A DNA stretch of 64,000 nt from Escherichia coli (GTDB taxonomy: Bacteria; Pseudomonadota; Gammaproteobacteria; Enterobacterales; Enterobacteriaceae), in assembly GCF_003018255.1 (NCBI RefSeq), contig NZ_CP027440.1; one strand, written 5' to 3'. The notes beneath the pieces were generated by a model. The model made no database searches, was not told the origin of the DNA, and was given only the letters and a program-made list of their open reading frames with translations. Position 1 is the stretch's first letter, and every line of letters begins with the position of its first letter. Positions 1-23,295 of the stretch are shown one piece after another. Position numbers and translations under genes: made by a program.

Positions 1-462
1 TTTATGCGCCACACCATCGATTCCACGCGCCAGTCCACTCGTAATTGTCACTCCACGCGTCGCCAGAGTTTCGCAAAATAATCGTCCCCATCGCTCGCCA
101 TACCATGAATGCGCCCGACTCCCCACTACGGCAAGCTGAAATGAATGCAGCGCGTGCAGTTCTCCTTCAACAAACAGTGCGCCGGGGTAATCTGTCGTCG
201 CAAGAAGTTGAGGAGGATAAAATTCGCTGTCCGCAGGAATTAAATGATGGTTGGGTTGCTCCAACCAAGAAAGTGAGCTTTCGATACTCTTTCGCGGAAA
301 TGAAAGAAAGCGTTGTGCCTGCCGCAATGTAAGCCCAGTTTGCTGCAATACAACCGCATCAATATTCGACTGTTTTGCCAGCCAGTGAGCTATACGGACC
401 ATATCATCGCCGTACAAGCTGCTGATGCTCATTAAACGCAGCCAAATTTCTGTATCGACCAT
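1..462 (-). CDS. dprA: DNA-protecting protein DprA/Smf, 5' portion (3' end lies beyond window start)
   Basis: Minus-strand ATG at 460-462 opens a frame reading MVDTEIWLRLMSISSLYGDDMVR... to the window edge; divergent from def. Absent from ORF track because it is truncated. Confidence 0.8.
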   Translation of the reverse strand, partial: MVDTEIWLRLMSISSLYGDDMVRIAHWLAKQSNIDAVVLQQTGLTLRQAQRFLSFPRKSIESSLSWLEQPNHHLIPADSEFYPPQLLATTDYPGALFVEGELHALHSFQLAVVGSRAHSWYGERWGRLFCETLATRGVTITSGLARGIDGVAHK

Positions 463-591
463 CCTTATCTCCCTGCCATAAGCAGCCTTAGCAATCTTTG
501 CGATTGGTCAGTGATGCTGTCAATCAGAGGGGGATTTGTCTAGAATAGAAGAAATAATCTTTCTAACTCCTGAACACATCTCTGGAGATTT

Positions 592-1101
592 ATGTCAGTT
601 TTGCAAGTGTTACATATTCCGGACGAGCGGCTTCGCAAAGTTGCTAAACCGGTAGAAGAAGTGAATGCAGAAATTCAGCGTATCGTCGATGATATGTTCG
701 AGACGATGTACGCAGAAGAAGGTATTGGCCTGGCGGCAACCCAGGTCGATATCCATCAACGTATCATTGTTATTGATGTTTCGGAAAACCGTGACGAACG
801 GCTGGTGTTAATCAATCCGGAGCTTTTAGAAAAAAGCGGCGAAACAGGCATTGAAGAAGGATGCCTGTCGATCCCTGAACAACGTGCTTTAGTGCCACGC
901 GCAGAGAAAGTTAAAATTCGCGCCCTGGACCGCGACGGTAAACCATTTGAACTGGAAGCAGAGGGTCTGTTAGCCATCTGTATTCAGCATGAGATGGATC
1001 ACTTGGTCGGCAAACTGTTTATGGATTATCTGTCACCGCTGAAACAACAACGTATTCGTCAGAAAGTTGAAAAACTGGATCGTCTGAAAGCCCGGGCTTA
1101 A
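592..1101 (+). CDS. def: Peptide deformylase
   Basis: ORF track 169 aa; [13 protein letters not shown] and QHEMDHL metal-site motifs. Confidence 0.97.
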
Positions 1102-1115
1102 GGATAAGAACTAAC

Positions 1116-2063
1116 GTGTCAGAATCACTACGTATTATTTTTGCGGGTACACCTGACTTTGCAGCGCGTCATCTCGACGCGCTGTTGTCTTCTGGTCATA
1201 ACGTCGTTGGCGTGTTCACCCAGCCAGACCGACCGGCAGGACGCGGTAAAAAACTGATGCCCAGCCCGGTTAAAGTTCTGGCTGAGGAAAAAGGTCTGCC
1301 CGTTTTTCAACCGGTTTCCCTGCGTCCACAAGAAAACCAGCAACTGGTCGCCGATCTACAGGCTGATGTTATGGTTGTCGTCGCCTATGGCTTAATTCTG
1401 CCTAAAGCAGTGCTGGAGATGCCGCGTCTTGGCTGTATCAACGTTCATGGTTCACTGCTGCCACGCTGGCGCGGTGCTGCACCAATCCAACGCTCACTAT
1501 GGGCGGGTGATGCAGAAACTGGTGTGACCATTATGCAAATGGATGTTGGTTTAGACACCGGAGACATGCTCTATAAGCTCTCCTGCCCGATTACTGCAGA
1601 AGATACCAGTGGTACGCTGTACGACAAGCTGGCAGAGCTTGGCCCACAAGGGCTTATCACCACGTTGAAACAATTGGCAGACGGCACGGCGAAACCAGAA
1701 GTTCAGGACGAAACTCTTGTCACTTACGCCGAGAAGTTGAGTAAAGAAGAAGCGCGTATTGACTGGTCACTTTCGGCAGCACAGCTTGAACGCTGCATTC
1801 GCGCTTTCAATCCATGGCCAATGAGCTGGCTGGAAATTGAAGGACAGCCGGTTAAAGTCTGGAAAGCATCGGTCATTGATACGGCAACCAACGCTGCACC
1901 AGGAACGATCCTTGAAGCCAACAAACAAGGCATTCAGGTTGCGACTGGTGATGGCATCCTGAACCTGCTCTCGTTACAACCTGCGGGTAAGAAAGCGATG
2001 AGCGCGCAAGACCTCCTGAACTCTCGTCGGGAATGGTTTGTTCCGGGCAACCGTCTGGTCTGA
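1116..2063 (+). CDS. fmt: Methionyl-tRNA formyltransferase
   Basis: ORF track 315 aa; GTG start 14 nt after def stop; formyltransferase motif [14 protein letters not shown]. Confidence 0.95.
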   Translation: MSESLRIIFAGTPDFAARHLDALLSSGHNVVGVFTQPDRPAGRGKKLMPSPVKVLAEEKGLPVFQPVSLRPQENQQLVADLQADVMVVVAYGLILPKAVLEMPRLGCINVHGSLLPRWRGAAPIQRSLWAGDAETGVTIMQMDVGLDTGDMLYKLSCPITAEDTSGTLYDKLAELGPQGLITTLKQLADGTAKPEVQDETLVTYAEKLSKEEARIDWSLSAAQLERCIRAFNPWPMSWLEIEGQPVKVWKASVIDTATNAAPGTILEANKQGIQVATGDGILNLLSLQPAGKKAMSAQDLLNSRREWFVPGNRLV

Positions 2064-2108
2064 TAGTCCACTCTTCTAAGCCCGGTCTTGCCGGGCATTT
2101 TTATACTT

Positions 2109-3398
2109 ATGAAAAAACAACGTAATTTACGTAGCATGGCGGCCCAGGCCGTTGAACAAGTCGTCGAGCAAGGGCAATCATTAAGCAACATTCTGCCACC
2201 GCTCCAGCAAAAAGTTTCCGATAAAGACAAAGCACTTCTTCAAGAGTTGTGCTTTGGCGTACTGCGTACGCTTTCGCAGTTAAACTGGCTGATTAATAAG
2301 TTAATGGCCCGTCCGATGACCGGCAAACAGCGGACCGTGCATTACCTGATTATGGTTGGTTTGTATCAACTGCTTTATACCCGCATACCACCTCATGCTG
2401 CGCTGGCTGAAACGGTTGAAGGCGCTATCGCAATTAAGCGCCCGCAACTTAAAGGGTTGATAAACGGTGTATTACGCCAGTTCCAGCGTCAGCAAGAAGA
2501 GTTATTAGCCGAGTTTAATGCCAGTGATGCACGTTATCTGCATCCTTCCTGGTTGCTGAAGCGTCTGCAAAAAGCGTATCCAGAGCAGTGGCAATCCATC
2601 GTCGAAGCCAATAACCAGCGTCCGCCAATGTGGCTGCGCGTTAATCGTACGCATCATTCCCGCGACAGCTGGCTTGCATTGCTGGATGAAGCAGGAATGA
2701 AAGGTTTCCCGCCTGCGGATTACCCTGATGCTGTACGTCTGGAAACACCTGCACCTGTTCATGCGCTACCTGGTTTTGAAGACGGATGGGTTACCGTTCA
2801 GGATGCCTCAGCACAAGGTTGCATGACCTGGCTTGCGCCACAAAACGGTGAACACATTTTGGATCTTTGTGCCGCCCCCGGCGGTAAAACAACGCATATC
2901 CTTGAGGTGGCACCAGAAGCGCAGGTTGTTGCGGTTGATATTGACGAACAGCGCCTCTCTCGCGTTTACGACAATTTAAAACGCCTTGGTATGAAGGCAA
3001 CCGTGAAACAAGGTGATGGCCGCTACCCTTCCCAATGGTGTGGCGAGCAACAGTTTGATCGCATTTTATTAGATGCGCCTTGTTCAGCAACCGGTGTGAT
3101 TCGTCGCCATCCGGATATTAAATGGTTACGTCGCGATCGCGATATCCCGGAACTCGCGCAATTGCAGTCTGAAATTCTCGACGCCATTTGGCCGCATTTA
3201 AAATCCGGTGGAACCCTGGTCTATGCCACCTGTTCGGTGTTACCGGAAGAGAATAGCCTGCAGATTAAAGCCTTTTTGCAACGTACCGCTGATGCCGAAC
3301 TTTGCGAAACAGGAACACCAGAGCAACCGGGTAAACAAAATCTGCCTGGTGCCGAAGAGGGCGACGGCTTCTTTTACGCTAAGCTAATCAAAAAGTGA
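2109..3398 (+). CDS. rsmB: 16S rRNA m5C967 methyltransferase
   Basis: ORF track 2088..3398; start set to ATG 2109 (MKKQRNLRS...); SAM-MTase motifs [10 protein letters not shown] and DAPCSATG. Confidence 0.9.
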   Translation: MKKQRNLRSMAAQAVEQVVEQGQSLSNILPPLQQKVSDKDKALLQELCFGVLRTLSQLNWLINKLMARPMTGKQRTVHYLIMVGLYQLLYTRIPPHAALAETVEGAIAIKRPQLKGLINGVLRQFQRQQEELLAEFNASDARYLHPSWLLKRLQKAYPEQWQSIVEANNQRPPMWLRVNRTHHSRDSWLALLDEAGMKGFPPADYPDAVRLETPAPVHALPGFEDGWVTVQDASAQGCMTWLAPQNGEHILDLCAAPGGKTTHILEVAPEAQVVAVDIDEQRLSRVYDNLKRLGMKATVKQGDGRYPSQWCGEQQFDRILLDAPCSATGVIRRHPDIKWLRRDRDIPELAQLQSEILDAIWPHLKSGGTLVYATCSVLPEENSLQIKAFLQRTADAELCETGTPEQPGKQNLPGAEEGDGFFYAKLIKK

Positions 3399-3419
3399 TG
3401 AGATAACGGGTCGCGACTG

Positions 3420-4796
3420 ATGAAAATTATCATTCTGGGTGCCGGCCAGGTTGGCGGCACACTGGCGGAAAACCTGGTTGGCGAGAACAACGATATTACT
3501 GTTGTCGATACCAACGGTGAGCGTCTGCGGACCTTGCAGGATAAATTTGACCTGCGAGTCGTGCAGGGGCATGGCTCTCATCCACGCGTATTGCGGGAGG
3601 CAGGTGCCGACGACGCCGATATGCTGGTTGCTGTAACTAGTTCAGATGAAACCAATATGGTTGCCTGCCAGGTAGCCTACTCACTTTTCAACACCCCTAA
3701 TCGCATCGCTCGTATCCGCTCACCAGACTACGTGCGCGATGCCGATAAACTATTTCATTCAGATGCTGTACCGATTGATCATCTGATCGCACCAGAGCAG
3801 TTGGTTATCGATAATATTTACCGACTGATTGAGTATCCCGGCGCATTGCAGGTGGTGAACTTCGCTGAGGGTAAAGTCAGCCTGGCTGTGGTTAAAGCCT
3901 ATTATGGCGGCCCGCTGATTGGTAATGCACTTTCGACCATGCGCGAACATATGCCCCATATCGATACTCGTGTGGCAGCAATTTTCCGCCACGATCGCCC
4001 CATTCGTCCGCAAGGTTCGACCATTGTTGAAGCTGGTGATGAAGTGTTCTTTATTGCCGCTTCACAGCATATCCGCGCGGTGATGAGTGAATTACAGCGA
4101 CTGGAAAAACCGTATAAGCGGATCATGCTGGTTGGCGGCGGTAATATCGGTGCAGGGCTGGCGCGTCGTCTGGAAAAAGATTACAGCGTTAAACTCATCG
4201 AACGTAATCAGCAGCGCGCTGCCGAACTGGCGGAAAAGTTGCAGAATACGATCGTCTTTTTTGGTGATGCGTCGGATCAAGAACTGCTGGCCGAAGAACA
4301 TATCGATCAAGTTGATCTGTTTATTGCTGTCACCAACGATGACGAAGCCAATATCATGTCCGCCATGCTTGCCAAACGTATGGGTGCGAAAAAGGTGATG
4401 GTATTGATCCAGCGTCGCGCTTATGTGGATCTGGTTCAGGGGAGCGTGATCGATATTGCGATTTCACCGCAACAAGCAACTATTTCTGCGTTGCTTAGCC
4501 ATGTGCGAAAAGCTGATATTGTTGGTGTTTCCTCACTGCGCCGCGGCGTAGCAGAAGCTATTGAAGCCGTTGCTCACGGTGATGAAAGCACCTCACGCGT
4601 TGTCGGCAGAGTCATTGATGAAATCAAGCTACCGCCAGGAACGATTATTGGAGCGGTGGTACGTGGAAACGACGTGATGATTGCCAATGACAATCTGCGC
4701 ATTGAGCAAGGCGATCACGTAATTATGTTCCTCACAGATAAAAAGTTTATTACCGACGTCGAAAGACTCTTCCAGCCAAGTCCTTTCTTCTTGTAA
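3420..4796 (+). CDS. trkA: Trk potassium uptake protein TrkA (NAD-binding)
   Basis: ORF track 458 aa; two Rossmann motifs ([15 protein letters not shown]). Confidence 0.95.
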   Translation: MKIIILGAGQVGGTLAENLVGENNDITVVDTNGERLRTLQDKFDLRVVQGHGSHPRVLREAGADDADMLVAVTSSDETNMVACQVAYSLFNTPNRIARIRSPDYVRDADKLFHSDAVPIDHLIAPEQLVIDNIYRLIEYPGALQVVNFAEGKVSLAVVKAYYGGPLIGNALSTMREHMPHIDTRVAAIFRHDRPIRPQGSTIVEAGDEVFFIAASQHIRAVMSELQRLEKPYKRIMLVGGGNIGAGLARRLEKDYSVKLIERNQQRAAELAEKLQNTIVFFGDASDQELLAEEHIDQVDLFIAVTNDDEANIMSAMLAKRMGAKKVMVLIQRRAYVDLVQGSVIDIAISPQQATISALLSHVRKADIVGVSSLRRGVAEAIEAVAHGDESTSRVVGRVIDEIKLPPGTIIGAVVRGNDVMIANDNLRIEQGDHVIMFLTDKKFITDVERLFQPSPFFL

Positions 4797-4801
4797 TTAA
4801 T

Positions 4802-4835
4802 AAGGCGTCTAATGACGCCTTATTATTTCCCTTTG
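4802..4835 (+). terminator. Rho-independent terminator after trkA
   Basis: Hairpin aaggcgtc-taat-gacgcctt followed by T-rich tract directly after trkA stop. Confidence 0.6.
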
Positions 4836-4925
4836 ATTATCAGGGATTAATTAAATTCACTCCTGGCAGGAAAATAGCTTAACATTTGTTAGACTTATGA
4901 TTGTCGGCTTCATAGGGAGAATAAC

Positions 4926-5336
4926 ATGAGCATTATTAAAGAATTTCGCGAATTTGCGATGCGCGGGAACGTGGTGGATTTGGCGGTGGGTGTCATTATC
5001 GGTGCGGCATTCGGGAAGATTGTATCTTCACTGGTTGCCGATATCATTATGCCACCTCTGGGGTTATTAATTGGCGGGATCGATTTCAAACAGTTTGCTG
5101 TCACGCTACGCGATGCGCAGGGGGATATCCCTGCTGTTGTGATGCATTACGGTGTCTTCATTCAAAACGTCTTTGATTTTCTGATTGTAGCCTTTGCCAT
5201 CTTTATGGCGATTAAGCTAATCAACAAACTGAATCGGAAAAAAGAAGAACCAGCAGCCGCGCCTACACCAACTAAAGAAGAAGTATTACTGACAGAAATT
5301 CGTGATTTGCTGAAAGAGCAGAATAACCGCTCTTAA
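4926..5336 (+). CDS. mscL: Large-conductance mechanosensitive channel
   Basis: ORF track 136 aa; recognisable MscL sequence (two TM helices, charged C-terminal tail). Confidence 0.97.
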   Translation: MSIIKEFREFAMRGNVVDLAVGVIIGAAFGKIVSSLVADIIMPPLGLLIGGIDFKQFAVTLRDAQGDIPAVVMHYGVFIQNVFDFLIVAFAIFMAIKLINKLNRKKEEPAAAPTPTKEEVLLTEIRDLLKEQNNRS

Positions 5337-5551
5337 CAAGCGCCTGAAAGCAGAAGGCCAGTGGTAAAAAAGTGATTTACTTTCTTGCCACTGGCCTCCC
5401 AGTTCCCCCGATTGCCATGTTTTCCTTTTCGCATGTAACTGCCTTTCCCTTTCTTATTTCTCTCTACGCGCTGTCGGAATAAGGGATCATGTAGTAATGC
5501 TTCTATCGCATTATCCTTTATCTGCCCTTTAGTATGCTGATATCGGCTCAT
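5333..5551 (-). CDS. arfA: Alternative ribosome-rescue factor A (full-length 72-codon frame)
   Basis: ORF track 72 aa ([44 protein letters not shown]...); convergent with mscL with 4-nt 3' overlap. Confidence 0.9.
   Translation of the reverse strand: MSRYQHTKGQIKDNAIEALLHDPLFRQRVERNKKGKGSYMRKGKHGNRGNWEASGKKVNHFFTTGLLLSGAC
5356..5396 (-). other. Stable hairpin inside arfA coding region (RNase III / truncation site by established knowledge)
   Basis: Perfect 9-bp inverted repeat ggccagtgg ... ccactggcc read in sequence, covering about codons 52-65 of arfA. Confidence 0.7.
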
Positions 5552-5606
5552 AAAAACTCCAATTGGTTATTTAACGGCGCGAGTGTAATCCTGCCAGTGT
5601 AAAAAA

Positions 5607-6032
5607 TCAACAGCCACTCTTAACGCCACTCGCCCCTTGTTCAAGAGCTTCAAGAATCGAGCAATAAACACTGCTATGGGCGGTCCCACAACAGGCATCG
5701 TTAAGGCGTTGGAGGGAACGCTGCATACTCTGCAACTCGGCTATCCGTGCTTCGACTTCCTGCAATCTTTCCTGCACAATGCCTTTTGACTCCTGACAGG
5801 TATGGTGTTCAGGATCGATACGGATCGACAGCAACTCGCGGATCGACTCTAGACTGAAACCTAGTTGTCTGGCATGGCGGATAAATTTCAATCGCTGGAG
5901 ATCGCTTTCGGTATACAGGCGAAACCCACCTTCAGTACGCACTTCATGCTCCATCATCTGCTGTTTTTCGTAATAACGAATCGTGTCGGGTGTTACTTCC
6001 GCCATTTTTGCCAGCTCACCAATGCGATACAT
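5607..6032 (-). CDS. zntR: Zn(II)-responsive MerR-family regulator
   Basis: ORF track 141 aa; N-terminal MerR HTH, C-terminal Cys-rich metal site. Confidence 0.93.
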   Translation of the reverse strand: MYRIGELAKMAEVTPDTIRYYEKQQMMEHEVRTEGGFRLYTESDLQRLKFIRHARQLGFSLESIRELLSIRIDPEHHTCQESKGIVQERLQEVEARIAELQSMQRSLQRLNDACCGTAHSSVYCSILEALEQGASGVKSGC

Positions 6033-6042
6033 ACATACTCCA

Positions 6043-6411
6043 CTAGTTATCGTTGATTTTATTCAACAACTTGTCAGCATAATCGCCGCGTAAAAAATCG
6101 GTGCTCAGTCCAGCTTGTCGCAGCTTCAATTCCAGTAATGACAATCGACGGCTAACCTCTTGATATTGCGGATCATCGTGACGGATACCTCTCAGGATAT
6201 CCAGAAGCTGAATTGCTTCCCTCCGCTGCTCAAGTTCTGGCGGTAAGCAACCGGCATTCTTCAGCAAGCGATACCCCGCACGTAATTCCGGTGGCACATG
6301 AGAATCATCAGCCAGTATCAATGGTTCGCCGCTACCTGCCAGGTTATCAAACTCACCTTTCGCTTGCGCTTCTGCTATATGACGCTCTGCCCACTGGTCA
6401 AGTAACCACAT
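6043..6411 (-). CDS. yhdN: Uncharacterised protein YhdN (DUF1992-like)
   Basis: ORF track 122 aa; ends 10 nt upstream of zntR start, same strand. Confidence 0.85.
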   Translation of the reverse strand: MWLLDQWAERHIAEAQAKGEFDNLAGSGEPLILADDSHVPPELRAGYRLLKNAGCLPPELEQRREAIQLLDILRGIRHDDPQYQEVSRRLSLLELKLRQAGLSTDFLRGDYADKLLNKINDN

Positions 6412-6476
6412 ATATACTCCAGGGGATGAACAAAAAGAGTACAGCTATTGTAGATAAGTGGGGATGCTACGGGTAT

Positions 6477-6504
6477 AAAAAAACCCGCCGGGGCGGGTTT
6501 TTTT
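6477..6504 (-). terminator. Rho-independent terminator after rplQ (alpha operon end)
   Basis: A-run, GC hairpin cccgcc/ggcggg, T-run; palindromic so it reads as a terminator on both strands. Confidence 0.75.
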
Positions 6505-6517
6505 ACGTTGCTTCAGA

Positions 6518-6925
<408 letters not shown>

Positions 6926-6941
6926 TTAACCTGTGATCCGG

Positions 6942-7931
6942 TTACTCGTCAGCGATGCTTGCCGGTGGCCAGTTTTCCAGGCGCATGCCCAGAGACAGTC
7001 CACGGGAAGCCAGCACGTCTTTAATCTCAGTAAGAGATTTTTTACCAAGGTTAGGCGTTTTAAGGAGCTCAACCTCGGTACGCTGTACCAGATCACCGAT
7101 ATAGTGGATAGCTTCTGCTTTAAGGCAGTTAGCAGAGCGGACAGTCAATTCCAGATCGTCAACAGGGCGCAGCAGGATCGGATCGAACTCTGGTTTCTCT
7201 TCTTTCACTTCAGGCTGACGTACATCACGTAAGTCAACGAAAGCTTCCAGTTGTTCAGCCAGAATGGTTGCCGCACGACGAATCGCCTCTTCAGGATCGA
7301 TTGTGCCGTTGGTTTCCATTTCGATGACCAGCTTGTCCAGGTCGGTACGCTGTTCTACACGCGCTGCTTCAACATTGTAGGCAATACGCTCCACAGGGCT
7401 GTAGCATGCGTCGACCAGCAGACGGCCGATTGGGCGCTCATCTTCTTCCGAATGAATTCGGGTAGAAGCCGGCACATAACCACGACCGCGCTGAACTTTG
7501 ATACGCATGCTAATAGACGCGTTCTCATCGGTCAGGTGGCAGATCACGTGCTGCGGCTTGACGATTTCGACATCACCGTCGTGGGTGATATCGGCTGCAG
7601 TCACAGGGCCAATGCCAGATTTATTCAAGGTAAGAATAACTTCATCTTTGCCCTGAACTCTCACCGCCAGCCCTTTCAGGTTGAGCAGGATTTCCAGGAT
7701 ATCTTCCTGAACGCCTTCTTTGGTGCTGTACTCATGTAGTACACCATCAATCTCAACCTCGGTCACCGCGCAACCCGGCATCGATGAGAGCAGAATACGG
7801 CGCAGTGCGTTACCCAGAGTATGGCCAAAGCCACGCTCTAAAGGCTCAAGGGTCACCTTGGCGTGCGTCGAACTCACTTGCTCGATATCAACCAGGCGCG
7901 GTTTTAGAAACTCTGTCACAGAACCCTGCAT
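6942..7931 (-). CDS. rpoA: DNA-directed RNA polymerase alpha subunit
   Basis: ORF track 329 aa; recognisable RpoA sequence. Confidence 0.98.
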
Positions 7932-7956
7932 TGTGTCCTCTCTTTGGTACTAAGCT

Positions 7957-9003
<1,047 letters not shown>

Positions 9004-9016
9004 TCAATCACCCCGA

Positions 9017-9472
<456 letters not shown>

Positions 9473-9501
9473 AATCTAGCCAGCTCAACCCAACTTTGCA
9501 A
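9473..9501 (-). promoter_or_regulatory. Candidate sigma70 promoter for alpha operon
   Basis: Minus-strand TTGCAA - 17 nt - TAGATT read in the rpmJ-rpsM intergenic region. Confidence 0.5.
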
Positions 9502-9519
9502 GAAAAATATGCGAAAAAA

Positions 9520-10999
<1,480 letters not shown>

Positions 11000-11006
11000 C
11001 TGCTAC

Positions 11007-12140
<1,134 letters not shown>

Positions 12141-12145
12141 CTACC

Positions 12146-13453
<1,308 letters not shown>

Positions 13454-13480
13454 TTACTCCCGTGATTCAATTGGTGACAA

Positions 13481-13789
<309 letters not shown>

Positions 13790-13800
13790 GTAACCCTACC

Positions 13801-15156
<1,356 letters not shown>

Positions 15157-15189
15157 TAGAAAAAATAAACGGCTCATTTCTGAGCCGTT
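15157..15189 (-). terminator. Rho-independent terminator of S10 operon
   Basis: Hairpin aaacggctca-tttc-tgagccgttt followed on minus strand by a U-run, 27 nt after rpsQ stop. Confidence 0.8.
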
Positions 15190-15215
15190 TATTCGTATCG
15201 AGAGAGTGTACTGTA

Positions 15216-17144
<1,929 letters not shown>

Positions 17145-17149
17145 CTACC

Positions 17150-17431
<282 letters not shown>

Positions 17432-17444
17432 TTATCCTCTAAAA

Positions 17445-19840
<2,396 letters not shown>

Positions 19841-19860
19841 TCAATCGCTCAATGACCTGA

Positions 19861-20349
<489 letters not shown>

Positions 20350-20377
20350 ATTATACATACTTAACCACCGAACGCAA
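20350..20377 (-). promoter_or_regulatory. Candidate S10 operon sigma70 promoter
   Basis: Minus-strand TTGCGT - 16 nt - TATAAT read in sequence about 175 nt upstream of rpsJ. Confidence 0.65.
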
Positions 20378-20409
20378 GCGTATTGCTAGTAAAGTAAACA
20401 GCCTTCGGG

Positions 20410-20829
20410 TTATCTCTCAAGTTCGTTCAGCGCATTTTTGACACGCTCTCTTAAACCGGCTTTCTCGTCGCTTTCTTCTACAGTATTTTCTTCGTCTTCA
20501 GAAGAAGAGGGAGCATTCTCAACCGCGACGTCTGGGTCATCTTCCTCCTCGACGGATTCGACGACGGGGAGTGGCTGTTTTTTGAAGAAATAGTGTTGTG
20601 TTGATTGTTTAAAAGCGGGCGTTTCAGCCTCTACAGTGACTTCTGCTTTTACTATCCAAAGCGCCCATAGCTGCCTGGCATACCCACCAACCAACACCAT
20701 TCCTGCAAACCACAGGCAAATCAGCAATAAACAAATGACATATATTATGGTGCTGTGTTTTTGTCGGGAGAAGATACCAGGGTGACCTGTTTCTTTCTGC
20801 TCACGCGCGGCGATATAGAATTCAAACAT
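20410..20829 (-). CDS. gspB: Type II secretion accessory protein GspB
   Basis: ORF track 139 aa; single TM segment and acidic C-terminal region; immediately downstream of gspA. Confidence 0.85.
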   Translation of the reverse strand: MFEFYIAAREQKETGHPGIFSRQKHSTIIYVICLLLICLWFAGMVLVGGYARQLWALWIVKAEVTVEAETPAFKQSTQHYFFKKQPLPVVESVEEEDDPDVAVENAPSSSEDEENTVEESDEKAGLRERVKNALNELER

Positions 20830-20830
20830 G

Positions 20831-22300
20831 TCATTTCCCCTTCACTGTTGTTTCCGGGGAAATATTTGCTTCATCCCGATATAAGTAGGCACTCTCCCCT
20901 GCCACCTGCCAGAGATGTACTAACGTTGAAAAGCCAACAACACCGTCAGTTTTCAAGTGGTGGCTTTTTTGAAATTGCTTTATTTTTTCTACCAACAAGG
21001 GACGCCACTCTGCCGAAGGTTCTGTCGAAATATGCAATGCGCGGTTTAACATCGTTTCCAGCCAGAGAATCTCTTCCTCGCTGCTATCACGCGTAATGGT
21101 ACTCTCCCCTTCCGGCGACATTTTCCATAACAGAAGATAATCACCCGTCCATACCGACTCAAACCATTGATGTGTCAGCGTCCAGGTTTGCTGCCCTACG
21201 AGGACATCAACGGTAGCATCACCGACGCGAACGACCACAACAGGCAATTTTTTGTCCCCGACTTTAAGCGATGCGATCCAGGGCAAATTCTGATCTACCA
21301 ATGTTTGTAAAGAAGCATTCCCACTTTTACATGCCAGCCCCGCTCTTACTGCCTGATCGCACCAGGCCGAATCAGCTGGGACCTCGTACCCCCATACGCC
21401 GTATAACACGCTTAGCGCCTCACTATCGCGCATCACTACATGAGCAATATCCTTAGTCATATCTTGTTTAACTACTGGCGTTACGGGTACCAGCCACGCA
21501 GGAACGGGGAACGGATCTGTGAAAGAGGACAGCAGTAGCCAACCACAGGTAAGTGCGATAATGGTTCCACTCATCACCACGGCAAGCTGCATTTTCCGGG
21601 GGCGGTTATCACCTAATACGCGGTAAATCATTCGCCAATGTTTTGCAGTGAAAACGCTGGTCTGCTCGGCTTGCTGTAATAAGCTAATTGTTTCGCCGGC
21701 AAGCGCCAGCTTTCTGCGATCTCCCCGACATAATAAAGCTATCCGTTTCAGAACTCTGGCAGTTAAAAGGAGATCGGGCTGGTCAATATTCTGACCTTCA
21801 AGGATGCTTGCCTTAAGCTCGTGCTCCATCAGACGTCCTGTTGAGACAAGTTCAATGCCCTGTTTTTTAAAATCACGTTCGACTTTTCGATCGGGTCTGC
21901 CGATCAGCAAAAATTGACCGTCAGGAATAAGAGATATCGCGCGTTGGAGATCATCAAGTATGCGGCGGTGATTCAGGTGAGCATTTTCAATAATAATAAG
22001 AGGGCAGCGACTATCAGTTCGATGAAGCGCATGCAGTAATTGACCCGCCATCTCATCTCGCGTCCAGGCGCTGTCACGGCAGCCCTGTTCAGCCGCATTA
22101 TCGTCGGTAACGATCCATGCGGCCTTACCTTGCGAGGAAACAACGAGGCTTAAAGTAATCACACGGCGATGTTTATCTTTTTGTAGTTGCTGCGCCAGCC
22201 AGGTTTTTCCACTTCCAGCCTCACCCAACAAATAGCACAGACGCCAGGTCTGACGTTTCTCACGCAACCAGGAAAGAATAACTTCTCTTCTCGTAGACAT
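20831..22300 (-). CDS. gspA: Type II secretion accessory ATPase GspA
   Basis: ORF track 489 aa; Walker A GEAGSGKT near the N-terminus. Confidence 0.9.
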   Translation of the reverse strand: MSTRREVILSWLREKRQTWRLCYLLGEAGSGKTWLAQQLQKDKHRRVITLSLVVSSQGKAAWIVTDDNAAEQGCRDSAWTRDEMAGQLLHALHRTDSRCPLIIIENAHLNHRRILDDLQRAISLIPDGQFLLIGRPDRKVERDFKKQGIELVSTGRLMEHELKASILEGQNIDQPDLLLTARVLKRIALLCRGDRRKLALAGETISLLQQAEQTSVFTAKHWRMIYRVLGDNRPRKMQLAVVMSGTIIALTCGWLLLSSFTDPFPVPAWLVPVTPVVKQDMTKDIAHVVMRDSEALSVLYGVWGYEVPADSAWCDQAVRAGLACKSGNASLQTLVDQNLPWIASLKVGDKKLPVVVVRVGDATVDVLVGQQTWTLTHQWFESVWTGDYLLLWKMSPEGESTITRDSSEEEILWLETMLNRALHISTEPSAEWRPLLVEKIKQFQKSHHLKTDGVVGFSTLVHLWQVAGESAYLYRDEANISPETTVKGK

Positions 22301-22479
22301 AGAACTTCCTGTTTTAATTATTGATTATCCTTAATCATAAAAATAATGTATGCATTTATTAATTAAATACATATTACTAATATAAATAAATTTTGCTTGA
22401 TTCATGCAAGCGGCATTAATACTATTTATACTAACGTCAATATACAACCCACCCAATCTATTTTATTAGAACATACATC
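22301..22479. promoter_or_regulatory. AT-rich divergent gspA / gspC control region
   Basis: 179-bp intergenic region, by eye well over 75% A+T with A/T tracts; divergent gene starts on both sides. Confidence 0.6.
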
Positions 22480-23295
22480 GTGCCCACACTACGCTTCCCC
22501 TTCCATCTGGCGAATCATAATAAAGATGCTGCCATCAATATATTGATTATATTTATAAGCATAGGGTTGATTATTTTTAATGTGAATTATTTCCATACAA
22601 CTATAGTTAAAAATGGACAGATCATTAATCAACCAACAAACGCATTTCAGTCTGAGTTCAGCCTTGCCGCTTTATGGCGTAACGAAAATCATGCTGGGGT
22701 AAAAGATGCAAATCCCGTGGCAGTTAATCAGGAAACACCTAAGCTCTCTATAGCGCTTAATGGCATTGTACTCACATCGAATGATGAGACTTCTTTTGTC
22801 TTAATTAATGAGGGGAGCGAACAAAAGCGATACTCCCTCAACGAAGCCCTTGAGTCAGCGCCGGGAACGTTTATTAGAAAAATAAATAAAACCAGCGTTG
22901 TGTTTGAAACTCACGGGCATTACGAAAAAGTAACTCTCCATCCAGGGCTACCTGACATCATCAAGCAGCCTGATTCAGAAAGTCAAAATGTACTCGCTGA
23001 TTATATTATCGCCACGCCGATACGTGATGGAGAACAGATATACGGGCTTCGATTGAACCCTCGTAAGGGCCTCAATGCATTTACCACCAGCTTGCTACAA
23101 CCAGGGGATATCGCCCTCAGGATCAATAATCTTTCGCTGACCCACCCTGATGAGGTTTCACAGGCATTAAGTTTACTGCTAACTCAACAAAGTGCTCAGT
23201 TTACAATTCGTCGCAACGGCGTACCCCGCTTGATAAATGTTTCCGTCGCGGAACTTACAGGAATGAATGGACAGCGTCATGAAAGGACTCAATAA
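22480..23295 (+). CDS. gspC: Type II secretion protein GspC
   Basis: ORF track 271 aa; GTG start; N-terminal TM segment. Confidence 0.88.
   Translation: MPTLRFPFHLANHNKDAAINILIIFISIGLIIFNVNYFHTTIVKNGQIINQPTNAFQSEFSLAALWRNENHAGVKDANPVAVNQETPKLSIALNGIVLTSNDETSFVLINEGSEQKRYSLNEALESAPGTFIRKINKTSVVFETHGHYEKVTLHPGLPDIIKQPDSESQNVLADYIIATPIRDGEQIYGLRLNPRKGLNAFTTSLLQPGDIALRINNLSLTHPDEVSQALSLLLTQQSAQFTIRRNGVPRLINVSVAELTGMNGQRHERTQ

Noticed and set aside
45-332. 95-aa plus-strand ORF at the window start
   Set aside because: It lies antisense inside the dprA coding region, whose minus-strand frame gives a recognisable DprA N-terminus.
2088-2108. Upstream ATG extension of rsmB in the ORF track
   Set aside because: The ATG at 2109 gives the expected MKKQRN N-terminus; the extension would begin inside the fmt-rsmB spacer without a ribosome-binding site.
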